From: Eledone cirrhosa
Lineage: Eukaryota
Assembly (NCBI GenBank): GCA_964016885.1
Contig: OZ024748.1
Coordinates: 52,514,001 to 52,578,000 of the forward strand
DNA: 64,000 nucleotides
Reading direction: 5' to 3'
Made by a program: the position numbers and the translations under genes
Notes under the pieces: generated by a model
What the model saw: the letters and a program-made list of their open reading frames with translations, nothing else
What the model was told of the DNA's origin: nothing
Database searches by the model: none
Part shown: positions 28,378-41,035 of the stretch, one piece after another
How the letters are laid out: every line of letters starts with the position of its first letter
Numbering within the stretch: position 1 is the first letter of the stretch

Positions 28378-28936
28378 AATATGGTTTTATAAATATAGTT
28401 TCCATTTATTAATATCGTAATTTTACTCCAAATATTTGTTGAGTGCTTTATATCAGTTATAAAAATATTTGCTTGTTGTATCCCAACAATTTAAATAGAA
28501 CTTTTACATATATATATATGTATATATATATATTATATATATATATATAAACAAGAGGCATTAGTCAACATTTCATAATTTACTTCTTTCAAAGGAGTAA
28601 ATTATGAAATGTTGGTGTTAAACTAACACATATTCTGATTAATATTATATATATATAATTCGTTTTTGAATATATTTTGCGAGATTTCTTATAATAAATT
28701 GGAAGTGAAAACCAACATGTGCGTGTATTTTTAATGGCAACATGACCCTCCCAAAGTATAACCATATATATATATATATATAGTGTATATGATGGTTGTT
28801 TACCGACACCTCAGTATGCAGATTGGAGCACTTGACCGGCTACGCAGGCTGGTTTGTTTACTTCGGAGTAATGTAAAATAAAATAATTAAGTCAAATATG
28901 TAAAACTTGGCTTCGTTTATTATAAATTATAGATAT

Positions 28937-28991
28937 ACTGCTATATATATTTTGGTGACAGCCATCATTGGCTGTGACCTCTTCAGGCAGT
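28937..28991 (-). ncRNA. Divergent hammerhead motif with G12 changed to A (likely inactive)
   Basis: Minus strand: ACTGC-CTGAAGA-GGTCACAGCCA ATGA TGGCTGTCACC-AAAA-TATATATA-GCAGT. Confidence 0.7.
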
Positions 28992-29012
28992 CTGAATTGG
29001 TGTATACATATA

Positions 29013-29102
<90 letters not shown>

Positions 29103-30508
29103 ATGGTAATGAAATGAATACAGAAAATATTTACTATAAGAAATATTTCTGTTTATTCGATTATTAAATTATAATATTATGTCACTCATGTCTTCCTGCA
29201 TAAAGTTTGGCTGAAACGTACAAAAGTCCATCGAAAGCAGGTAAATTGCATATGTCATTATTAGCAATTTTCTCAGGTATAATACATATCATTAGTTTAA
29301 GACAATCTCTTTGTTTATCGTCTGCATACTTTGGTGCCAGTCTCGCCTAATATCAATCTAATTTCTTGTGTTATATAGAAGAGGGGTGAAATGGCAGTAT
29401 CGTTAGATCTGTCTTAAGCCTGGAGGCTCATCAGGCCACTGCTTCTCCTTGGTTTTTATAGCATGAAGTGACTGAGAGTACACAACTCCCTCCATGCAAA
29501 GTACAGTATGTAATTATTACACATCAGCATCATCATCATTTAATGTCTGCTTTGCCGGCCAACAAGGGTTGGACAGGTCTACATAGACCAAGTCAGTACT
29601 GAAGTGTGGCTACTGACTTCCCAGACAAGCCAAGGGGTCTGTATCTTGCTTATGTACAGTCATATATTCTATCAAGTGCACGGAAGGATTGTTGTGTCTT
29701 TCGACACAAACTGATGGGTCTTCCAAATCCCTAGTTTGGCAATCTTCCTATGTCTGGATGCCCTTCCTAACACCAATCACTTTACAACATATACTGGGTT
29801 TTTTTTATTATGTAGATCACTAACACTACGGAGGTTGTCATGTCCTTAACGTAACTAAAGGGTCTTCTTAACCCTTTGTTTGGAAAGCTTTCTATAGCTG
29901 GATGCCCTTCCTAACACCAACTACTTTACAGTGAGTACAAAGACTCCATAAGAGTTAGGTATAAAATATCTATAAGAAACTTAATACAATAGTTTCCAAC
30001 AAAATGGCCAGGAGAGAGGTGTATCGGATTAAAATTAAACATTTAATTGAATTAGTAACTTTTGCCAAGTTGACAAACAAAACAAAACAAGTAATGTTTT
30101 ACCCAGTGTATTATAACATATTTCAGGGGTATTACCCTCTTTTCAGATGCAAAGCTGAAACAGTCCAAGACAAATCAAAACGAGTTATCAAACTTTGGCT
30201 GAAACATAATGCTGAAATATTATGCTGAAATATCATGCTGAAATACACTGGGTAAAATATTACTTTGTTTTGTTTCATTTGTTATCATGGCTAAAGTGTA
30301 TTTAATTGTACAGTCATATATTCTATCAAGCGCACAGAAGGATTGTTGTGTCTTTTGACACAAACTGATGGGTCCTCCAAATCCCTTATTTGGCAATCTT
30401 TCTATAGCTGAATATATCACTGTACAATTAAATACACTGGTTAAAACTCTTTCCATATTTTTGACAAGAAAAAATAGTCTAATAACAGGGCATATGGATC
30501 CCCTAAAT

Positions 30509-31153
30509 CAGTGATTCCCAAGATGAAGTGCACACCCCACAGGGGGGCAATTTGAATATTTAAGGGGCCATTTGAAAATGATGTTAATGAGAACAAACCT
30601 CAGGTTTTATTTCATTACTTTTACACCAAGGCAACGTTGGTGCACATTACTGTCAGAAACTCCTGTCTCACCTTCTCCATATGTTATTGTGCATTTGGCA
30701 CCACTTACACACCAAGGAAACTTTAGTATACATTACTGTCAGAAACTCCTGCCTCACCTTCTCCATATGTTATTGTGCATTTGGCACCACTTACACACCA
30801 AGGCAACTTTAATATACGTTACTGTCAGAAACTCCTGCCTCACCTTCTCCATATGTTATTGTGCATTTGGCACCACTTACACACCAAGGAAACTTTAGTA
30901 TACGTTACTGTCAGAAACTCCTATCTCACTTCCTCTTCCACATGTTATTATGTATCTGGGACCACCTATATGGTGCACATTACTGTCAGAAACTCCTGTC
31001 TCACCTCCTCCATATGTTATTGTGCATTTGGTACCCCTTTTACACCAATTTGTTTTCACTTTGCAGTTGATCATTGCTGTTTTCATGTCAAAGGGGACAT
31101 AATTTTTTAGATGTTAAGGTGAGGCATGGTACACAAAAGGTTGGGAACCACTG
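30509..31153. mobile_element. hAT (Charlie-like) MITE with an internal 86-bp tandem repeat
   Basis: TIR CAGTGATTCCCAA / TTGGGAACCACTG; perfect 8-bp TSD CCCTAAAT. Confidence 0.9.
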
Positions 31154-32044
31154 CCCTAAATGGAAAACAAAACAGGCATCAGCAGACTTTTGAGTTTATA
31201 TCTAACCAGATTTAGCAAGTGTTGATAAAATATGCATTCATAATACACAACATTTCATTTAATCAAATATGTTAAATAGTATTGATCTAATATTTATATG
31301 AGATTAATAATATTTCACCCCCAGTTCAATGCTAAAACATAAAACAAAATAACAAGTAAAAAACATATTGAAAAATACATTAGAACTAAATTAATTCATT
31401 TCTTAAATAGCTGTGTTTTATATTTTGAATAAAATTTATTATTATTATTTTTTAATTAATTTAGATAATATATAAATTACCTCAAAATCTATTTCAGCAT
31501 TTTTTTTTAGAATGTGCACATGTGTGTTTGTATATATGTGTGTGTGTGTGAGCTGGTGTGTGTATGTGAGTGTGTATGGAAGAGGTATATTTGTGGGGAT
31601 GTATGTGTGTGGTGTGGGTGTATGTGTGTGGTGGTGTATATGCGGTGGAGTGTGTATGTGTGTGTGGGCATGTATATATTTGTGTCTGTGGGGTGTTTAT
31701 ATGCGCGTGTGTGTGTGTGTGTTGGGGTGTGTAAGTGAGTGTGTATGTGTGTGGTGGGATGTATGTGAGTGTGTATGGGTGTGTATGTGTGTCTGTGGGG
31801 TATGTATATGTGTGTGTGTGGGGGGGGGGCACATATTTATGTGTATATGTATATATATATATATATATAGTTCCTTAATAATATATCAAAGGTGATGATG
31901 ATGATGATGATGATGACAATGATGATATTAATGATCATGCAACAATGTTTGTTGTGATGATGATTATGGTGATGATAGTGATAACTAACGATAATGACGA
32001 TTATAAGATGATAATTATGAGTTAATAATGACAGTGATGATGAC

Positions 32045-32075
<31 letters not shown>

Positions 32076-32619
32076 ATAATGATTGGCATGATGATGACGA
32101 CGACGACGACGACGACGATGACGATGATGATGATGATGATGATGAGGTGGAGGTGGAGGAGAAGGAATAGCAAAACTGTGCGGGGGATAATAATCATAAT
32201 GACAAGTGTTATAATGAAATTATTGCACTGATTATATATAAGGAGGAGGGATATGGGAGGAGGCAGGGGTGGTGGTGGAAGTGCTTCTGCTGCTGCTGCT
32301 ACTACTGCTGCTGGTGAAATAGAATAGACAACAGCATATATTGTTTACTTTCTCTTATGTAAACTGTTTATCATGCAGAATCATCTGGCTTCCTTGTGAC
32401 ATTTCTAAAATCATTATCCGAAATCTTTGCTAATTAAGAATGATTCCCTCCTTTGCAGCAATTGAAATTTTCCAGCCATCCTCGGAGTTTTCTTAATTCA
32501 TTCTCTATTGACTAATTAAGTTTTCACAAAATTCATATTTTCAATTAATATTTTCAGGCGGTTTCACTCAATAATTATACACACATTAATTCATTTATAT
32601 ACTTTTATATATAAATAAA

Positions 32620-32657
32620 TATATATATATATATGCATGTGTGTGTTTGTCTGTATA

Positions 32658-32699
<42 letters not shown>

Positions 32700-32897
32700 T
32701 GTGTGTGTGTGTATGTGTGTATATATTTATATATATATATATATATGCATGTGTGTGTGTCTGTATATATTTATATATATATATGCATGTCTGTGTGTCT
32801 GTATATATTTATTTATATATATATATATATGCATGTGTGTGCATGTGTATATATTTATATATATATATATATATATGCATGTGTGTGTGTCTGTATA

Positions 32898-32928
<31 letters not shown>

Positions 32929-33157
32929 GCATGTGTGTGTGTCTGTATATATTTATATATATATATATATATATATGCATCTGTGTTTGTCTGTATATAT
33001 TTATATATATATGTGTATGTCTGTGTGTCGGTATATATTTATTTATATATATATATATATGCATGTGTGTGCATGTGTATATATTTATATATATATATAT
33101 ATATGTGGGTGTGTGTGTGTATATATGTATATGTGTATATATATTTGAATGTGTATG

Positions 33158-33210
<53 letters not shown>

Positions 33211-33347
33211 GTGTATGTATGTATATATATGCATATGTATATATATATGTATATGTATGTATATATATGTGTGTGTATTTATATTTGTGTGTGTATGTAT
33301 ATATATATATGTGTGTATGTATATATATGTGTGTGCATATATATATA

Positions 33348-33400
<53 letters not shown>
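32620..33400. repeat. (AT)n/(GT)n compound microsatellite
   Basis: Low complexity. Confidence 0.95.
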
Positions 33401-33402
<2 letters not shown>

Positions 33403-34267
33403 CACAGGGACATACACACACTAATCTTATTATATATTATTATATCTACTATTATTTATTATCAAAAGATTTCTATATTTATTGATATTTCTATGCAATT
33501 TATTCCTATAATCAAGCAATTATCTTAAAGTCTATGGAAATAACACAATAGTAAATTGTCAAAAAGAAGTAAACAGAAACAACACCAACAAAAAAAAGTA
33601 AAAATACACATTGAAAAATATTGTATAGTTCTGCATATTCCCAACAGAGGGCAGCATTGTGTGAATATGTAGGTTATTGAAAAAGTTTATATCCTTTAGT
33701 TGCCGATTGATGGTCATAAACTCAAAGGTAGTGAAATACATACACAGTTATAACTATAGAAATTAATGTTTACAGATATATACAGGCATAAACACATAGG
33801 GTTTATTTTATAGGCATACAGACACAAAGATGGCTGCGGTTAGTGATTAAGGAGTTCACATCACAGCCATGTGGGCTTGTGTTCAGTCTTGCTGCATGCT
33901 ACTTTAGGAAAGTGTCTTCCTTTACAGCATTAGATTGACCAATGTCTACTGAGTGGAATTTGGTAGCTGGAATCTACAAAAGCCCATTAGATATCAACAT
34001 CATCACCGTTTTACGTCCATTCTTCCACACTAGCATGGGTTAGACGGATTGTCCTGTTTTGGGCAGTGTCCAGTCGGCTGATCTTGTCTTTCTCATATGG
34101 GAACTGATTCTGGCTTGATTTCATATAGCTTAGGGCCTCAGCAGGTGAAAACATGGCCCTGCACATGATTTGTTTAATGTCAGTTAAGTGGTCACTACTT
34201 TATAGAGAATATTGGGGTTCCTCTGTAATATATCTAACGCAAATAAACTAACCACAATACATTCTTT

Positions 34268-37262
34268 TACAGACACTAGGTGTAGAGGGCTACAGACACT
34301 AAGTGTAGAGGGCTATAGGCACTAAGTGTAGAGAGCTATAGCTAGTAAATGTACAGAGCTATAGGCACTAAGTGTACAGGGCTACAGACACTAGGTGTAG
34401 AGGGCTACAGACACTAAGTGTAGAGGGTTATAGCTAGTAAATGTACAGAGCTATAGGCACGAAGTGTACTGGGCTATAGACACTAAGTGCAGAGAGCTAT
34501 AGACACTAAGTGTAGGGGGCTATAGACACTAAGTGTAGAGGGCTATAGACACTAAGTGTGGAGAGTTATAGACACTAAGTGTAGAGGGCTATAGACACTA
34601 AGTGTAGAGGGCTATAGACACTAAGTGTAGAGGGCTATAGACACTAAGTGTGGAGAGTTATAGACACTAGGTGTAGAGGGCCATAGGCACTAAGTGTAGA
34701 GGGCTATAGACACTAAGTGAGGAGAGTTATAGACACTAAGTGTAGAGGGCTATAGACACTAAGTGTAGAAGGCCATAGACACTAAGTGTACAGGGCTACA
34801 GACACTAGGTGTAGAGGGCTACAGACACTAAGTGTAGAGGGTTATAGCTAGTAAATGTACAGAGCTATAGGCACGAAGTGTACTGGGCTATAGACACTAA
34901 GTGCAGAGAGCTATAGACACTAAGTGTAGGGGGCTATAGACACTAAGTGTAGAGGGCTATAGACACTAAGTGTGGAGAGTTATAGACACTAAGTTTAGAG
35001 GGCTATAGACACTAAGTGTAGAGGGCTATAGACACTAAGTGTGGAGAGTTATAGACACTAGGTGTAGAGGGCCATAGGCACTAAGTGTAGAGGGCTATAG
35101 ACACTAAGTGTGGAGAGTTATAGACACTAAGTGTAGAGGGCTATAGACACTAAGTGTAGAGGGCCATAGACACTAAGTGTACAGGGTTATAGACACTAAG
35201 TGTAGAGGGCTATAGACAGTAAGTGTACAGGGTTATAGACACTAAGTGTAGAAAGCTATAGGCACTAAGTGTACTGGGCTATAGGCACTAAGTGTACTGG
35301 GCTATAGACACTAAGTGTAGAGAACTATAGACACAAAGTGTACTGGGCTATAGACACTAAGTGTACTGGGCTATAGACACTAAGTGTACTGGGCTATAGA
35401 CACTAAGTGTACTGGGCTATAGACACTAAGGGTAGTGAGCTATAGACAGTAGGTGTACAGGGCTATAGACACTAAGTGTACAGGGCTATATACACTAAGT
35501 GTAGAGAGCTATAGACACTAAGTGTAGAGAGCTATAGACACTAAGTGTAGAGAACTATAGACACTAAGTGTAGAGAGCTATAGACACTAAGTGTAGAGGG
35601 TTATAGACATTAAGTGTAGAGAACTATAGACACTAAGTGTAGAGAGCTATAGACACTAAGTGTAGAGAACTATAGACACTAAGTGTAGAGAACTATAGAC
35701 ACTAAGTGTAGAGGGTTATAGACACTAAGTGTAGAGGGCTATAGACACTAAGTGTAGAGAACTATAGATACTAAGTGTAGAGAACTATAGACACTAAGTG
35801 TAGAGAACTATAGACACTAAGTGTAGCGGGTTATAGACACTAAGTGTAGAGAACTATAGACACTAAGTTTAGAGAACTATAGACACTAAGTGTAGAGAAC
35901 TATAGACACTAAGTGTAGAGAACTATAGACACTAAGTGTAGAGAACTATAGACACTAAGTGTAGAGATCTATAGACACTAAGTGTAGAGGGTTATAGACA
36001 CTAAGTGTAGAGGGTTATAGACACTAAGTGTAGAGAGCTATAGACACTAAGTGTAGAGAACTATAGACACTAAGTGTAGAGAACTATAGACACTAAGTGT
36101 AGAGAACTATAGACACTAAGTGTAGAGTGCTATAGACACTAAGTGTAGAGGGTTATAGACACTAAGTATAGAGAACTATAGACAATAAGTGTAGAGAACT
36201 ATAGACACTAAGTATAGGGGGTTATAGACACTAAGTGTAGAGGGTTATAGACACTAAGTGTAGATAACTATAGACACTAAGTGTAGAGAGCTAAAGACAC
36301 TAAGTGTAGAGAGCTATAGACACTAAGTGTACTGGGCTATAGACACTAAGTGTAGAGAGCTATAGACACTAAGTGTACTGGGCTATATACACTAATTGTA
36401 GAGAGCTATAGACACTAAATGTACTGGGCTATAGGCACTAAGTGTAGAGAGCTATAGACACTAAGTGTACTGGGCTATAGACACTAAGTGTACTGGGCTA
36501 TAGACACTAAGTGTAGAGAACTATAGACACTAAGTGTAGAGGGTTATAGACACTAAGTGTAGAGAGCTATAGACACTAAGTGTAGAGGGTTATATACACT
36601 AAGTGTAGAGAACTATAGACAATAAGTGTAGAGAACTATAGACACTAAGTGTAGAGAACTATAGACACTAAGTGTAGAGAACTATAGACACTAAGTATAG
36701 AGAGTTATAGACACTAAGTGTAGAGAACTATAGACACTAAGTGTAGAGAACTATAGACAATAAATGTAGAGAACTATAGACACTAAGTGTAGAGGGTTAT
36801 ATACACTAAGTGTAGAGAACTATAGACACTAAGTGTAGAGAACTATAGACAATAAATGTAGAGAACTATAGATACTAAGTGTAGAGAACTATAGACACTA
36901 AGTGTAGAGAACTATAGACACTAAGTGTAGAGGGTTATATACACTAAGTGTAGAGAACTATAGACACTAAGTGTAGAGAACTATAGACACTAAGTGTAGA
37001 GGGTTATATACACTAAGTGTAGAGAACTATAGACACTAAGTGTAGAGGGTTATATACACTAAGTGTAGAGAACTATAGACACTAAGTGTAGAGAACTATA
37101 GACAATAAGTGTAGAGAACTATAGACAATAAGTGTAGAGAACTATAGACACTAAGTGTAGAGAACTATAGACACTAAGTGTAGAGAACTATAGACACTAA
37201 GTGTAGAGGGTTATAGTCACTAAAGAGCTATAGACACTAAATATAAAGGGCTATAGACACTA
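34268..37262. repeat. 23-bp satellite, about 130 copies
   Basis: CTATAGACACTAAGTGTAGAG(GG/AA) units. Confidence 0.97.
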
Positions 37263-37539
37263 TACATTAGTTTCCTTATGACTGTTTTCATCCCATTTTC
37301 TCTCTAGATGTAGATTGAATTATAGACTTTTGTTGATTGACAAATAACTGTGATATGTGTGAATAATATTTGAGATATTCCTGAATGAGATACACAACGT
37401 TAGTTGACCTAATGGTAGACAACAACAATATCAACAACAATATACTATTATTGCAAACAATGGACAACTGTCACAAAAGAATATCAAAATGAATTTAATA
37501 TGAAAATAAACATGATAATTAGGGAAACAATTGATTCAG

Positions 37540-38510
37540 TGCTGGTGATGGTGTTGGTGGTGGTGGTCATAGTATTGATTGTGATGGTGGTGGTAATGGT
37601 GATGGTGGTGGTGGTGGTGGTAATGGTGATGGTGGTGGTGGTGGTGGTAAAGGTGATGGTGGTGGTGGTGGTGGTAATGGTAATGGTGATGGTGGTGGTG
37701 GTGGTAAAGGTGATGGTGATGGTGGTAATGGTGGTGGTAATGGTGGTGGTGATGGTGATAGTGGTGGTGGTGATAGTAGTGGTGTTGGTGGTAATGATGA
37801 TGGTGGCGTTGGTGGTGGTCATAGTATTGATTGTGGTGGTGTTGGTGGTGGTGATGGTGATAGTATTAGTGGTGGTGGTGGTAATGGCGATGGTGGTAAT
37901 AGTGGTGGTGGTGGTGGTAATGGTGATGGTGTTGGTTGTGGTGGTGATAGTATTGATTGTGATGGTGGTGGTGGTAATGGTGGTGGTGGTGGTAATAGTG
38001 GTGGTGGTAGTGGTGGTGCTAATGATGATGGTGGTGTTGGTGGTAGTGATGATGATGGTGGCGGTGGTGGTGGCAGTGGTGGTGGTAATGGTAGTGTGGG
38101 TGTGGGTAGTTGTGGTTGTAGAGGTGGGGTGATAATAGTAGTGGTGGTTGTGATAGTAGTTATGGTGATGGTGAGGATGGTGGCTATGGTGATGGTAGAT
38201 GTGATGAGGATAACAATTATAATGATGATGATGATGATGGTGGTGGTTGGGATAGTGGCAGTTGTGTGATGGTGGTGGTGGTGGTAGGGATGGTGGAAGT
38301 TGTGGGAGTGGGCTGTAGGGGTGGTGGTGGTGGTTGTAATGAGGATAGGGATGGCAGTAGTGGTGGCAGCAGTGGAGGTGCTAGTGGTGGTTATAATTAT
38401 AAGGATGATGGTAGTTAGAACTGAGGTGGAGGTGGTTATAGTTGTGATGAGAGTGATATTAGTGGTGGTGTACACAGATGAAGGTGGTGGTGGTGGTGGT
38501 TGTGGTGGTA
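37540..38510. repeat. (GGT)n compound repeat
   Basis: Low complexity. Confidence 0.95.
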
Positions 38511-38519
38511 GTTGTAGAG

Positions 38520-38700
38520 ATAATTGTTTCTACTTTTGGCACAAGGCCAGCAAATTACCTAGTGCATTACTGGTACTTTATTTTATCGACCCTTGTATGT
38601 AGGGCAAAGTTAACCTCGGCGGGATTTGAAGTCAGATTGGAAAGGGCCGTAACTCTATACGTCAAAGCATAGCGCCCGACCCTCTACCGATACTGCCAGT
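38520..38700 (-). mobile_element. Second tRNA-derived SINE family (AACTTTGCCTTTCATCC..GGTCGATAAAATAAAGTACCAG domain)
   Basis: Same family as 45950-46114, 55210-55400, 57621-57808 and 59217-59408. Confidence 0.85.
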
Positions 38701-38989
38701 TGTAGATACTGGTAGTTGTAGAGATAATGATGATGAAATGATAAAGTAAGATTCAGACTATACACAGTGAACAAACTATTTATTAGCTTTTAGTTTTCTG
38801 TTCAAGTCCCAGGCTTACCCTGGTATTTTGATACCCCAAGACAGATTTTAAAATATCTGAAGTCTAGTGTAAGCTCTGTCTTAAGCTAGAGGGCTAGTTA
38901 GGCCAGTTCTTATCCCAGTTTCACGGTGTAAACCAACGGAGAGTACAAGATTTCCTCTGGACAGGATGCCAGTCCATTGCAGGGTTAAA

Positions 38990-39283
38990 CCTCCAGCTAC
39001 TACTGGTACTCATGTTCAGCTAAGTATACTGGAGCAATGTGAAATGAAGTGTTTTGCTCAAGACCAGAACATGCAACCCAATCTAGGAATCGAACCCACA
39101 ACATTATGATTCTAAATCCAACACCCTTACCACTAGGCCACATGCGTCTACTGAGTATACTGGGGCCACATGGAATGAAGTGTTTTGCTAAAGAACACAA
39201 TACACAACCCAGCCCAGGAATCGAACCCATGACACTATGATCATTAGTCCAATAGCCTAACCACTAGGCCACACACCTCCACA
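38990..39283 (-). mobile_element. Two tandem CORE-type SINE heads
   Basis: Two consecutive TTTTGCT(C/A)AAGA..GGAATCGAACCC..CCACTAGGCCAC units. Confidence 0.75.
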
Positions 39284-40159
39284 TTTTACAATGTACCTTG
39301 TTAAATAACTTGTTAAAAACTAATCCATGTCTATTATGATTAGATAGTAAATCTACATCAGGTTTTATTGGGCAATTGTGAAAATCTGTAATAACAAAAA
39401 TAATGAGTCATACATAAGCCGAACAACAACAACACTACTGCTAACAGTTTTGTAATTAAGAAAGGTATTATATAATATCCAATCAATCTAAAATAGCAGG
39501 TAATCCTTTTTTCTGAATCATTTTTATCAATATGATTTCTATAGCATTAATTGGATGAGAGATACATGTCGTCCTTATGTGGAGGAAGTTGTAAATTTCT
39601 CCAGCAGAAATCTTTAAGACAGCATAACAAGCTAACAAGGCACTTTAAAGTGTTTCTGCTATTGTTGATAGTGATGGTAGTGATCGCAGTAGAAAATACC
39701 CTCATACACAAAAATCAGTGAGTCTTTTATTGCTCAACATAATTTTTATATAATGTATAGCAAACCCTCCTAATCATTGTTAGCATTTAAATGATGGACC
39801 CTGATAATGAGGATGGATTGTCTGTCTGTCTGTCTGTTTGTCTGTATGTATGTGTATTGGGGTGTGTGGGTGTGTGGGGCTATATATGTACAAACCTATC
39901 TATTTCTATGTATAGGTAGTTTGCTATATATATATATATATATATATATAAATATAAGTATGTATACGCACATAGATATATGCATACAGATGTACAGTAG
40001 TATGTATATATATATACATACATGCACACACATATATATATATGTACGTATGGATTCACCGAACATTTATTATAATGCTCGGTTTGTTTGTAAACAAACA
40101 GCCCGAATTAAGCCGTACAGTGTCTAGCAACCATCGTTGCTCGTTTGTTCAACAAAGGA

Positions 40160-40202
40160 ACGCTGTACTAGTTTCAAGCTTATTAGCTATCGTCAGCAAT
40201 GT
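40160..40202 (-). ncRNA. Minimal hammerhead motif (CUGACGA/GAAACUAGUA)
   Basis: Minus strand: ACATTG-CTGACGA-TAGCT AATA AGCTT-GAAA-CTAGTA-CAGCGT; palindromic ACTAGT stem III. Confidence 0.6.
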
Positions 40203-40319
40203 ATACCTTCCTGCCAGATGGTTGAACGTCTGAAAGTATATACTTTCCTTATGCATATTAACGGCTGAGCAGCCTAATTTGCATATCGAGTGAGTTAATC
40301 GGCCGGGGTACCGAAAACG

Positions 40320-40398
40320 ATAAACGGAAAAAATGAAACGAAATTTCATTTCTCACTCAGAGTGAGAAATGAAATTTCGTTTCATTTTTTCCGTTTAT
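40320..40398. repeat. Perfect 79-bp palindrome (39-bp arms, 1-nt centre)
   Basis: ATAAACGG..TCTCACTC-A-GAGTGAGA..CCGTTTAT. Confidence 0.95.
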
Positions 40399-40401
40399 AT
40401 A

Positions 40402-40738
40402 TCATCATCATCATCGTTTAACGTCCATGTTCCACGCTTGCATGGGTTTGGACGGGAATTTTCCCACTTGAGGCAAGAGTGGTTGTCTTGCTCGCATAGG
40501 ACTGTCTGGCGGGTTTTCTACAGCTGGATGCCCTTCCTAACACCAACCACATTTACAGTGTGGGACTGGGAGGTTTTTACCGTGTTGCCTACATGGCCAC
40601 ATTACAGCGTTGACTGTGTTTTTTTTTGTCGTGACACCTACACGATCTCATTTGTTTCGGCCTGGATGTTGTGGCACCAACATAACTTTACATTGAAAGG
40701 GGCGGTGTGGATGGGGTGGGGGTGGTGGAACGGGGTGT
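40402..40738 (-). mobile_element. SINE-like element, type-B tail
   Basis: Similar to 27432-27780 and 56799-57138. Confidence 0.75.
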
Positions 40739-40784
40739 ATTTTGTTAGAGATTCCTACTGATTGTAGTAGGCTTCACTTTGTAT

Positions 40785-41035
40785 TTAGGTAAGGCAGGTC
40801 TTCTCTATTACTGAGTACTGCCAAAGATCTCGGTCCAGTGACATTGTCTTGGAGAGGTGTAAGTGTGTGAGGTCGGAATTTATCAGGTCGTCCCAGGTTT
40901 TTCTGGGTCTGCCTACACCGTGGCTACCGTCTATCTTTATTGCCCTGCACTTTTTTATACAGCTGTTGTCTTTCATGCGCATCACGTGACCATACCAACG
41001 TAGCCTTCTCTCGAGTAAACAACATCTGATCCCTC
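40785..41035 (-). mobile_element. RTE LINE fragment (distinct subfamily)
   Basis: RLRWYGHVMRM..GRPRKTWDDLI. Confidence 0.8.

Larger units (their letters stand above)
28057..28415. mobile_element. Fold-back palindrome (176-bp arms, 7-nt loop), probable inverted Penelope-like pLTRs
   Basis: Arms 28057-28232 and 28240-28415 are reverse complementary; homologous to 8871-9211. Confidence 0.85.

Noticed and set aside
34268-37262. CRISPR array
   Set aside because: Contiguous 23-bp units with no unique spacers.
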